DNA of 64,000 nucleotides from a virus (Duplodnaviria; Caudoviricetes): IMG/VR virus record IMGVR_UViG_3300035208_003134, positions 33,891 to 97,890 of that record; one strand, 5' to 3'. Shown piece by piece: positions 48,889 to 57,332 of this stretch (position 1 is its first letter; each line of letters starts with the position of its first letter). The notes under the pieces were generated by a model. It saw only the letters and a program-made list of their open reading frames with translations, ran no database searches and was not told where the DNA came from. The position numbers and the translations under genes were made by a program.

Positions 48889-50498
48889 ACAGAATAACTT
48901 TTACGAGTCCAAAGCACATTGACGAGGTTAAGGGTCAATATAACATTAAAAAAGTTACCCTCGTGACTAAGCCTGCGGTCTATCCTAATATTATAGGGAT
49001 AGAATTTGAGGGCTCAATAGCTTCAGTGCTTGAGAAGAAGCGCGATTTTCCGATTAAGCGTAAAATGGATAATGCTATTGAGTCTTACACAGGTGATATG
49101 GTCAAGGACTGGCTTAGGGCTAAGAAAAAGCTCCTTGCACTGAAGAATAAGCTTAAAGATTTCCGGAAGATGGATTACAACAACGCTCAGACTATTGACC
49201 GGATTGCTAAGATACCTTTTAAATATAAAAAGCAGTTTGTAGAGGTTGCTAATAAGTATGACCTTAACCTTGCGCTCCTTGATAAAATAGTTATGAACCC
49301 GTCTTTATTAGTTAATGCCCGTTACGACAGCCGGAAGAACTTAATGGAGCTAAACCCAGACTACCTTGAGCAACACGGAATGATAAGGATTGGGGATAGC
49401 GGTGAGGTAATCAGTGAAACTTCCAAAACCTTTATCCACGAGTTCGGTCATTGCCTCTGGTACAATTCGCTTACAGAGGAAGACCGGCGTTATTGGCAGG
49501 GCTTAACAAAATTTTTAACTCGTGACGAGCTCACTGGTGATATGACGCAGTATATAGTAGGTGAGAAAAAGCGCTTTGACGGCTCAACTATGTACTCGCC
49601 TTATTACACTCAGCGCGACGACCCATTTGTTAGCGTGTACGCGCGGTTTAACTTCCGTGAGGACTGGGCAGAGTGTTTCTTATATTATAAAGTAGCGCCC
49701 AAGACCTTGGAGAGGATAGACAATAGGAAATACTTGTTTATGGAGGAGAAGATTGGTAATCGGCTCACTAAAACCAACGTCCAAAAACAAGGTGTAGAAG
49801 AGGAAGCGGTATTCTCCCCAGAAATTAGAGAGCCCCACAAAGTCAGGGATAAAATTATCTTTACCTTGGATGCCTTAAAGGATGACTTGAGTTATAAAGC
49901 CAAGGAGCACGTTACGAACGCCTACAACCTTGGTCGGCAGAAAGGTGCGTACTACACCGGTGCAGCACTTATAGCCGCAATGCAACAGGCTGATAAGGAT
50001 AGGGTACAGGAAATTTTAAGCCGGAACGACCAGTTCTTAGACTCCTTTATGGATGAAATGATTGACGAGTATGACAACGTCTTATTTAACAAGAACCCAC
50101 AAGGTATGATAGAGTCAGAGAAGGTTTATGATAAAGTAGAAGACTTTGACAATGCATTTTCGGACGTAATGGAGACTCAAGAACACCGGTTGGACTTGTA
50201 TGCTATAAACGGTTTGTCCCTTGGGTTAATGGCAGGGTTGGTTAGTACAACCGAAGGTGAATTTGCAGGTGGGTATTGGCATACAACTCCGGATGATAGG
50301 GTATGCGATGGCTGTGCCAGATTAGATGGGCAGTGGATGTCTTTTGAAGAATTTGAGACACTCTACGGAAACAACGAGTGCGACGGGAATTGCAGGTGCG
50401 GTGAACTCTTTGAACCTGCTTTAGCCCCTGGCGATAGCTTTGAAATGATGATTAAAGGAAAAAATGTTAAAAACATTGAACAGCCTGTACAAAAGTAG
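48885..50498 (+). CDS. MuF-like head morphogenesis protein carrying a zincin metallopeptidase domain
   Basis: HEFGH...SVYA....EDWAECF zincin; C-terminal W.T..DDRVCDGC..LDG...NCRC MuF motif; two genes after portal. Confidence 0.75.
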   Translation: MNRITFTSPKHIDEVKGQYNIKKVTLVTKPAVYPNIIGIEFEGSIASVLEKKRDFPIKRKMDNAIESYTGDMVKDWLRAKKKLLALKNKLKDFRKMDYNNAQTIDRIAKIPFKYKKQFVEVANKYDLNLALLDKIVMNPSLLVNARYDSRKNLMELNPDYLEQHGMIRIGDSGEVISETSKTFIHEFGHCLWYNSLTEEDRRYWQGLTKFLTRDELTGDMTQYIVGEKKRFDGSTMYSPYYTQRDDPFVSVYARFNFREDWAECFLYYKVAPKTLERIDNRKYLFMEEKIGNRLTKTNVQKQGVEEEAVFSPEIREPHKVRDKIIFTLDALKDDLSYKAKEHVTNAYNLGRQKGAYYTGAALIAAMQQADKDRVQEILSRNDQFLDSFMDEMIDEYDNVLFNKNPQGMIESEKVYDKVEDFDNAFSDVMETQEHRLDLYAINGLSLGLMAGLVSTTEGEFAGGYWHTTPDDRVCDGCARLDGQWMSFEEFETLYGNNECDGNCRCGELFEPALAPGDSFEMMIKGKNVKNIEQPVQK

Positions 50499-50928
50499 GA
50501 TAGCTAAGAACGGGCAGAATGCGTATGCAGAGTCTGGTGATATTGGCTCTACTGTGCGCGAGACTCACCCTGAACTTGCTGATGATGAGGCCGCTGTTCG
50601 TATGCATTATCCGGTTCAACAGGCAAAAGGCAAGGTAGTGGCAGTAGATTTTCACGGCACTTTGGCTAACCACGGCGACCAATCGCCCATACAGCCGGTA
50701 ATAGATAAGTTAAAGGAGATGAAGAATGCCGGATTTCATATTATTGTGTATACTTCTGGTATCACTCGCAACCCTGGCATCCTTAACGGCTTAAATGTAT
50801 GGCTAAAGGATAACCAAGTACCTTATGATGAGATTTGGCAGAGGCAGGGAAAGCCCGATGCTGATATCTACATTGATGATAAAGCATTTAACCCAACTAA
50901 AGAAGACATTGGCGATTTGGAGGTGTAA
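50464..50928 (+). CDS. Leader A + HAD-like phosphatase (DxH variant)
   Basis: MLKTLNSLYKSR; VAVDFHGT, YTS, GKPDAD.YIDD. Confidence 0.75.
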   Translation: MLKTLNSLYKSRIAKNGQNAYAESGDIGSTVRETHPELADDEAAVRMHYPVQQAKGKVVAVDFHGTLANHGDQSPIQPVIDKLKEMKNAGFHIIVYTSGITRNPGILNGLNVWLKDNQVPYDEIWQRQGKPDADIYIDDKAFNPTKEDIGDLEV

Positions 50929-50930
50929 AT

Positions 50931-52355
50931 ATGTCAAGGCACGATTTGCTTTTAAATTTAGTTAGAAACGGTGACTTAGACACGGAATTAGGTTATCTTG
51001 ACGGAACTTCAAGTTATTCAAGTAGCTCCTGCTCGTCATCCAGTTCTTCTCGGAGTAGTAGCTCTTGTAGTTCGTCAAGTTCATCCTGCAGAAGTAGCTC
51101 AAGTAGCTCTTCGTGCAGTTCCAGCAGTTCAAGTAGCAGGAGCTCAAGCTCTTCAAGCAGTTCTTCGTCTTGTAGGAGTAGTAGCTCTTCTTCTTTTAGC
51201 TCTTCTTGCAGGAGTTCAAGCTCAAGCAGCAGTTCTTCTTCGTGCCGGAGCTCAAGCTCTTCTTGCAGAAGTAGTTCATCGTCATCCAGTTCTTCTCGGA
51301 GCTCATCTTCAAGTTCGTCTTGTAGAAGTAGCTCTTCAAGTTCTTCTTCTTCAAGCAGAAGTTCGTCAAGTTCGTCTAAGTCTGTGAGCTTATCTTCAAG
51401 CTCGTCCAGTAGCTGCCGTAGCTCTTCAAGCAGTAGCTCCTCGTCAAGCTCTCGGAGTAGCTCAAGCTCGTCAAAGTCAAGCTCGTCCAGTAGCTCGTCA
51501 TTGAGTAGCTCAAGTAGCTCTTCGTGCCGGAGCTCTTCAAGTTCGTCTTGTAGAAGTTCAAGCTCATCCAGCTCTTGCCGGTCTTCGTCAAGTAGCTGTA
51601 AGAGCTCAAGCTCTTCAAGTAGCTCATCCAGTAGTATAAGCGTTGAGAGCGTTTCATCCAGCTCGCGCAGTTCAAGCTCTTCATCAAGCTCAAGTTCTTG
51701 CAGAAGTAGCTCATCCAGCTCATCTTGCCGGAGTAGTAGCTCTTCTTCGTCAAGCTCATCTTCCTGCAGAAGTTCAAGCAGTAGCTCTTCCAGTTCTTCA
51801 AGTTCAAGTTTGAGCTCTTCGTCAAGCTCGTCTAACTCCAGTTCTTCTTCAAGTAGCCGGAGTTCGTCCAGCTCGTCAAGTTTAAGTAGCTCAAGTAGTT
51901 CGTCGCTGTCCAGCTCCTCAAGTTCCAGCTCACACAGCAGTAGTAGCTCTTCAAGCTCATTGTCCAGTAGTTCAAGTAGCAGGAGCTCAAGCTCATCTTC
52001 AAGTAGAAGTAGCTCCAGCTCATCTTCAAGCAACTCAAGTTCGTCCAGTAGCTCGTCATTGAGTAGCTCGTCAAGTTCCAGCAGGAGTAGCTCTTCATCA
52101 AGCTCATCAAATAGTAGTTCAAGTAGTTCGTCAAGCTCTTTGAGTTCCAGTTCATCAAGCCGGAGCTCAAGTAGCAGTAGCTCTTCAAGCAGTTTGAGCA
52201 GTTCATCCAGTAGCAGTAGCTTGAGTTCAAGTTCAAGTAGCTCGCGCTCAAGCTCAAGCTCATCCAGCTCTTCTTGCAGGAGTTCTTCATCAAGCTCCTC
52301 AAGTAGCTGCAGAAGCTCAAGCAGTTCTTGTAGTAGCAGTTCTTCAAGCTTCTAA
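50931..52355 (+). CDS. Poly-serine protein (~80% Ser, punctuated by Cys-Arg)
   Basis: GGAGGTG RBS; 26-aa unique N-terminus, then Ser runs written with mixed synonymous codons. Confidence 0.8.
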   Translation: MSRHDLLLNLVRNGDLDTELGYLDGTSSYSSSSCSSSSSSRSSSSCSSSSSSCRSSSSSSSCSSSSSSSRSSSSSSSSSSCRSSSSSSFSSSCRSSSSSSSSSSCRSSSSSCRSSSSSSSSSRSSSSSSSCRSSSSSSSSSSRSSSSSSKSVSLSSSSSSSCRSSSSSSSSSSSRSSSSSSKSSSSSSSSLSSSSSSSCRSSSSSSCRSSSSSSSCRSSSSSCKSSSSSSSSSSSISVESVSSSSRSSSSSSSSSSCRSSSSSSSCRSSSSSSSSSSSCRSSSSSSSSSSSSSLSSSSSSSNSSSSSSSRSSSSSSSLSSSSSSSLSSSSSSSSHSSSSSSSSLSSSSSSRSSSSSSSRSSSSSSSSNSSSSSSSSLSSSSSSSRSSSSSSSSNSSSSSSSSSLSSSSSSRSSSSSSSSSSLSSSSSSSSLSSSSSSSRSSSSSSSSSCRSSSSSSSSSCRSSSSSCSSSSSSF

Positions 52356-52365
52356 GTAGATAATT

Positions 52366-52397
52366 CCGAGTGGTGGGGTGCAGTCCCCACTACTCGG
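52366..52397 (+). terminator. Strong hairpin after the poly-Ser gene (terminator or RNA-stabilising stem)
   Basis: CCGAGTGGTGGGG-TGCAGT-CCCCACTACTCGG, followed by only a weak U tract. Confidence 0.55.
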
Positions 52398-52420
52398 TTC
52401 TAAGATAAGGAGAAGACAAG

Positions 52421-52786
52421 TTGGAAAGAACAGGTTTAGACAAGAGCAATAAAAACAGGTCGGGAGTGCCCGACCCAAAGAAATTTGAGAGGACAGGCAA
52501 GGATACATTCGTGGTGCACGCAGACGGGGGCAATTACTTTGAGGGTAAAGTAGAAAACCCTAATGTAAAGCTCAAGGACTCTGGCAAGATATTTGTTCAG
52601 CTTGAGGGCACTCCGAAAGACGAGCATCAATGCTATGACTGCGTGAATAACCACTTCCGTAACGAAGCCGAGTACGAGAAGTACAGGAAAGGTTTGGATA
52701 CGATTTGTGACGGTTGCCGGACTCACGAAGGGCTTAAGACCAAATTTAAAGCAAAGGTGAAAAATGCCGGTACTAAGGTGCTCTAA
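52421..52786 (+). CDS. Hypothetical protein with two CxxC motifs
   Basis: AAGGAG RBS with TTG start; CYDC...CDGC. Confidence 0.55.
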   Translation: MERTGLDKSNKNRSGVPDPKKFERTGKDTFVVHADGGNYFEGKVENPNVKLKDSGKIFVQLEGTPKDEHQCYDCVNNHFRNEAEYEKYRKGLDTICDGCRTHEGLKTKFKAKVKNAGTKVL

Positions 52787-54608
52787 TAAAAAATATAAAA
52801 TTGGTAGTGGTAAATGCATTTACAGCTCAAAAGCCAAGGCTGAAAGCGCCTACAGGGGCTACCTTGGTACTAAATATGGAAAGCTTTTAAAAGGAGGAAT
52901 TGATATGGACCCGAAATTAAATTTCTTTGCACGGATTAGCAAGTTAGACCCAGACCAAAGAATGGTTTACGGCATTGCGACTTGCTCCAAGCTTGATAAT
53001 CAGAACGAGATTGTAGATTATGCAGCAACTAAGGAAGCCGTGGCTGATTACTCCAACTGGCGCAACATCCGCGAAATGCATAAGCCGAGCGCTGTGGGTA
53101 CAGCTCCTGTCCTTGAACTTAGGGACAACACGCAGGAGCTCTTTATTGGGGCTAAAATTGTTGATGACGCAGCTTGGCAGAAGTGCAAAGAAGGCGTCTA
53201 TAAAGGCTTTTCAATCGGCGGCGACAAGCTTGACCAAAAGATTGAAATGGATAAAGCTTCTGGTAAGACAGTAAACCGCATTACCAAGTACAACCTAAAT
53301 GAGATTTCTCTGGTTGACCGACCGGCGAACCCTGCCTGCAAGTTTCAGACTGTAAAGCGCGATACTTCAGTGCACACAGTCACCATATCGGAAGACCCCT
53401 TAAAGGCTGAAGCCGCAAGGGTTATGGAGAAATCCTTACTATTTGCCAAGAGGGTCTTGTCCAAAGAAGAGCTTGAAGCCCTACCGGACACGGCTTTTGG
53501 CTTAATCAAGGTCACGGTTGATGGTGATACGCTCATCAAGCAAAGGTCTTATCCTATGCCTGATAGGACGCACGCTATCAATATGATTAGGAAGTCCATC
53601 GGCGACCCTATTTCAGATATAGATAAGGCAAGAGTACACGACACTGCACTATTGGTGTTGGGTAAGAAGCATATTGAGGGGGAATGCCCCTATTGTATTG
53701 AACAAAAATTAAAAGGAGGTGCAGTTGTGGCAGATAAAGTGAAAAAAGCAGGTTCTGTGGTAATTACACACGAACCGGACAAAAAGACTGTTGAAGTAAA
53801 GGATGAAGGAGCTGCCGACGCTAAGGATATCAAACCTGCGGCTGACGCATTAAAAGATAAACCGGCGGCCGAGAAAGCTCCTGAAGCTGTTGGCACTAAA
53901 CCGGCAGAAGAGCAGAAGCCTCATATAGAGGCTGAAGAGGAGGAAGCTCCTGCTGATGTGGCTACCACATCCGACCAGAAGTTAGACCGCATCATTGCTT
54001 TACTTGAGTCCGCTTTGGGCGAAGAGGAAGGCGAAGAGCAGCCTGCGGCCGAAGAGACCGGATATGAAGAGGAAGTTCCGGCTGAAGTTGAAGAGGCGAT
54101 TGAGGGTGAAAAGCCTGTCGCAGGTGAAGAAGTGCCTGTTGAAGGTGAAGCACCCAAGATTAAGGTTGAAGACGAAGACGAAGAGCCTGCCAAAGCAGAT
54201 GTGAAACCTGCCGAGGAAGAAGAAACGGTAAAAGGCACAAAAGCCGGAGCCGTAAAGAAAATCAAAAAAGGTCTGTTCCTCAAACAGATTAAGGCAGTCA
54301 TTGAGCCTATGAAGAAAGAGCTCACTGAATTGAGGGCGAAGGTTGCGAAGTATGAGAAGCAGCCTTTAGCGCGCAAGGACGCCGCTGCAGTCAATAAGGA
54401 CGGCACTCCTGTGAAAGCAGTAAAGGTTGAGAAATACCAGGATGTCAAACTGGAGAAGAAAGAGTCCACGTTCAGCGAAGAGCTGACCAAAGATATAGAA
54501 AAGGCTCAAAACCTTAGGATGACTAAGGGTGCGGGTCTTACCAAAGAAGAGAACGACTTCTGTCTGCGTGTGGCGGATAGAATGATAGCAGAAAAGCTCT
54601 CAAAATAA
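52764..54608 (+). CDS. Prohead protease - scaffold fusion with internal in-frame starts (52905, 53727)
   Basis: VYGIAT...D.Q.E, IREMH, GFSIGG, EISLVDRPANP protease motifs; acidic C-terminal scaffold; directly upstream of the capsid gene. Confidence 0.9.
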   Translation: MPVLRCSNKKYKIGSGKCIYSSKAKAESAYRGYLGTKYGKLLKGGIDMDPKLNFFARISKLDPDQRMVYGIATCSKLDNQNEIVDYAATKEAVADYSNWRNIREMHKPSAVGTAPVLELRDNTQELFIGAKIVDDAAWQKCKEGVYKGFSIGGDKLDQKIEMDKASGKTVNRITKYNLNEISLVDRPANPACKFQTVKRDTSVHTVTISEDPLKAEAARVMEKSLLFAKRVLSKEELEALPDTAFGLIKVTVDGDTLIKQRSYPMPDRTHAINMIRKSIGDPISDIDKARVHDTALLVLGKKHIEGECPYCIEQKLKGGAVVADKVKKAGSVVITHEPDKKTVEVKDEGAADAKDIKPAADALKDKPAAEKAPEAVGTKPAEEQKPHIEAEEEEAPADVATTSDQKLDRIIALLESALGEEEGEEQPAAEETGYEEEVPAEVEEAIEGEKPVAGEEVPVEGEAPKIKVEDEDEEPAKADVKPAEEEETVKGTKAGAVKKIKKGLFLKQIKAVIEPMKKELTELRAKVAKYEKQPLARKDAAAVNKDGTPVKAVKVEKYQDVKLEKKESTFSEELTKDIEKAQNLRMTKGAGLTKEENDFCLRVADRMIAEKLSK

Positions 54609-54659
54609 GTTGGGAGCAATAAGAAAAATAACGAGGAAAGGAGGTATCTCACACACACT

Positions 54660-55646
54660 ATGTTTTTTAATCCGCAAACAGTAGACAAAGCAATCAGCGA
54701 CATCCAGAAAGCGATTGGAAGCATTGATGTTGACGGTCTTCTATTAGTACGCGAAGACCTTCAGGCAGAGTTAGCTATTATGGCTCCGACCGATACCCCA
54801 GTCCGTAACAGGCTGAACCGTATCCAAGGAAATGGCAAAGCTCACGCTTGGTACCAATTGGTGCCGACATCAGCTGCTGAAGGCTTGTTCCTCGGAACAG
54901 CCCCGTCCAATGCGTTTTTTGAGAGAGGCGGGTTGCCTAATGCCACCCAAGCGTCGTATAAGTATAAATCAGCTCCATATACATCACTGGGCGATATGAT
55001 AGTTGTATCGTTCTTTGACCAAATGGCTGGTGCGACTTATGCTGACGTCAAAAAACTGCAAACCAAAATCAAGATGATTAACACCGCCTTGATTGAGGAA
55101 TGGGCGATTATTAACGGCAGTTCCGCAACAAATCCCCTGCAGTTTGACGGGTTGTTAACGCAGATTACTACGAATACCGAAGATTGCGGTGCAGCAGCCT
55201 TTACGCTCACCCAAATCAATAACCTGCTAAAGAAAATTACCATAGTAGGTGGTAAACCGCAGGCCGCAATTCTGTCGTACAGAGACAATCAGAGATTTTC
55301 TGACCTGATACTCTCTTCTTACTACAGGTTGTTCCAGGCTGGCGCGGGCGCTTTGGCTGATGTTCCGGCTGGCGTAGCCATAACTAAATGGGTTTCGCCC
55401 TTTGGCACTATTGACATCATCGGTAGCCGTTTTCTGCCTAACACTGGTTCAGCTGGCAACATCATTGTCATTGATGACAAGACAGTACTTGACGATGGTA
55501 ATGCACTCCAGATGGTTGACCTTATGCCTGTTTCTTCAATAGATTTAGCTCTATTGCAGACTGCATACAGGACAATCATTGCCGAGTTCACAGTGCTTCA
55601 AATCACCTGTGAAGCGTTCCAAGGCAAACTCATAAATTGCGCTTAA
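54660..55646 (+). CDS. Major capsid protein (HK97-fold, SU10-like)
   Basis: Follows protease/scaffold; strong RBS; REDL.......P.DTP, EE..IING......FDGL, SPFGTI. Confidence 0.85.
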   Translation: MFFNPQTVDKAISDIQKAIGSIDVDGLLLVREDLQAELAIMAPTDTPVRNRLNRIQGNGKAHAWYQLVPTSAAEGLFLGTAPSNAFFERGGLPNATQASYKYKSAPYTSLGDMIVVSFFDQMAGATYADVKKLQTKIKMINTALIEEWAIINGSSATNPLQFDGLLTQITTNTEDCGAAAFTLTQINNLLKKITIVGGKPQAAILSYRDNQRFSDLILSSYYRLFQAGAGALADVPAGVAITKWVSPFGTIDIIGSRFLPNTGSAGNIIVIDDKTVLDDGNALQMVDLMPVSSIDLALLQTAYRTIIAEFTVLQITCEAFQGKLINCA

Positions 55647-55681
55647 CCCTTAATTGGGTTCTGCCAAGGTCTTAAAATTTC

Positions 55682-55702
55682 GGGACGGCTGACCACCGTC
55701 CC
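55682..55702 (+). terminator. Hairpin after the capsid gene
   Basis: GGGACGG-CTGACCA-CCGTCCC; no U tract. Confidence 0.4.
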
Positions 55703-55730
55703 CACTAAATAAGAGAAAAAGGAGACGAAG

Positions 55731-55952
55731 ATGAAGGGCATAGTAATGTGGTTCAATGCTGAAAAAGGGTACGGCTTTATAAAGCCGGACGAGGGCGACA
55801 AGGACTTATTTGTCCACTTTTCGGGCATAGCCAAGAGCGAGAACACAAAGGTCTTGGAAAAAGACCAGGTTGTAGAATTCGGGGTTTCCGAGAACGATAA
55901 AGGCAAGATTGCTGTGAATGTGAAGGTAATTGGAGACCAATCAAAAGCGTAA
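55731..55952 (+). CDS. Cold-shock protein (CspA family)
   Basis: KG.V.WFNAEKGYGFI, DLFVHFS. Confidence 0.95.
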   Translation: MKGIVMWFNAEKGYGFIKPDEGDKDLFVHFSGIAKSENTKVLEKDQVVEFGVSENDKGKIAVNVKVIGDQSKA

Positions 55953-56036
55953 ATTACATCTGACCTGAATAGGGGGCAGATTATGAATAGATTGGATAAA
56001 TATTTAGACAAAGACGAAGACCAAGGAGGAAGACCA

Positions 56037-56273
56037 ATGGAAGAAAAAAGACCGGTTCAAGACAATTATACTTTTGACAATGTTCAGGAAGACGTGAAGA
56101 AGTGTGGCGGCTACTTGATAGCTGTGACCTTTTTAGACAAAGGAATGCTTACTCACCATCTCCTGACCAACAGTTTCCCCACCGGCGACATTGAAATTGC
56201 TATGCGCGAATTAAGTAAGCTGGCTGAGGCGACTAAGAAGGCAAGTGAGAACACAAATGAGCCCAAAAAATGA
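56037..56273 (+). CDS. Hypothetical protein
   Basis: GGAGG RBS before MEEKRP. Confidence 0.55.
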   Translation: MEEKRPVQDNYTFDNVQEDVKKCGGYLIAVTFLDKGMLTHHLLTNSFPTGDIEIAMRELSKLAEATKKASENTNEPKK

Positions 56274-57331
56274 TAAAACTTTTTCAACCGTATGTCCCAA
56301 ATGAAGCCATTGAACAAGTCTCTAAAGTACTATGTTCACCGTGCATAACGCAAGGCTCAAAGGTAGATTTATTTGAATGGGAATTTGCAAGCCTGTTCAA
56401 GGTTGCCAACCCTGTATCTGTAAATTCTGGTACTTCCGCGCTTGAAATTGCCTATGACCTCATAGGTCTGAAGAAAGGGGATGAGGTAATTACGACTCCC
56501 CTGACCTGTGCGGCTACCAATATCCCACTCCTACACAGGAAAGTTAAGATTGTTTGGGCTGATGTCCTTCCAGATACCCTCTGCATAGACCCTCTTGATG
56601 TCCGTAGCAAATTTACCAATAAGACCAAGGCTGTAGTGCAAGTTCACCTTGGCGGTGTAGGGGCTGATGTGGGTAAAGTACACGTGCCGGTGGTTTCGGA
56701 CGCTTGTCAAGCGCTTGGAATTTTTACTGGGGATTATACCTGTTGCTCATTTCAGGCAATTAAGCACATTACGACTGGTGATGGCGGAATGCTTGTGGTC
56801 AATGATATTGAGAAGTACCACAAAGCTAAGCTTATGCGGTGGTTTGGAATTGACCGTGGTAGGCAAATACCAAATGAGTGGCAATCTTACCGGACGCGGA
56901 TGATGAACTTTGATATTGAGGTACTTGGCGGTAAGAAGCATATGAATGATATTAATGCTACTCTGGGATTGGTAGGCTTGTCTTATTATAACGCAATCCT
57001 GAGCCGACGTCAAGAGCTGTTTACTCTGTATAGGAGCAAACTGCAAGGCGTTGACGGCATTAAGATTGTTGATGGTAAAATTAACGCCTGTTGGTTGTTT
57101 ACGCTTTTAGTAGAACGGCGCGACGACTTTGCTAAGATGCTGTTTGATGCTAACGTAGAGACCAATGTCGTAAACGTGAGAAACGATGTGTATAAGATAT
57201 TTGGCGGCAAGAAGGCTGACTTGCCGGTCTTGGATAGCATTTATGACAAATACATTTGCTTGCCGATTGGTATGCACATCAAAGAGGAAGACGTAGAGTA
57301 TATTTGTGATAAAATAAGAAAGGGATGGTAA
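56270..57331 (+). CDS. DegT/DnrJ/EryC1/StrS nucleotide-sugar aminotransferase
   Basis: NSGTSAL, DACQA, SFQAIKHITTGDGG (PLP Lys). Confidence 0.92.
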   Translation: MIKLFQPYVPNEAIEQVSKVLCSPCITQGSKVDLFEWEFASLFKVANPVSVNSGTSALEIAYDLIGLKKGDEVITTPLTCAATNIPLLHRKVKIVWADVLPDTLCIDPLDVRSKFTNKTKAVVQVHLGGVGADVGKVHVPVVSDACQALGIFTGDYTCCSFQAIKHITTGDGGMLVVNDIEKYHKAKLMRWFGIDRGRQIPNEWQSYRTRMMNFDIEVLGGKKHMNDINATLGLVGLSYYNAILSRRQELFTLYRSKLQGVDGIKIVDGKINACWLFTLLVERRDDFAKMLFDANVETNVVNVRNDVYKIFGGKKADLPVLDSIYDKYICLPIGMHIKEEDVEYICDKIRKGW

Positions 57332-57332
57332 G

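Noticed and set aside
51014-52033. 339-aa Glu/Leu-rich ORF (and other frames) antisense to the poly-Ser gene
   Set aside because: That antisense frame is automatically stop-free across runs of Ser codons, and all real genes here are on the + strand. It is a shadow ORF.
50931-52355. Poly-Ser region as a CRISPR array, microsatellite or DGR repeat
   Set aside because: There is no fixed repeat-spacer unit or tandem DNA period; similarity is at codon level only. No cas or reverse transcriptase gene is in the window.
54660-55646. Capsid gene as a cellular encapsulin, given the nearby EncFtn
   Set aside because: It lies in a complete phage head module with terminase, portal, MuF and protease/scaffold.
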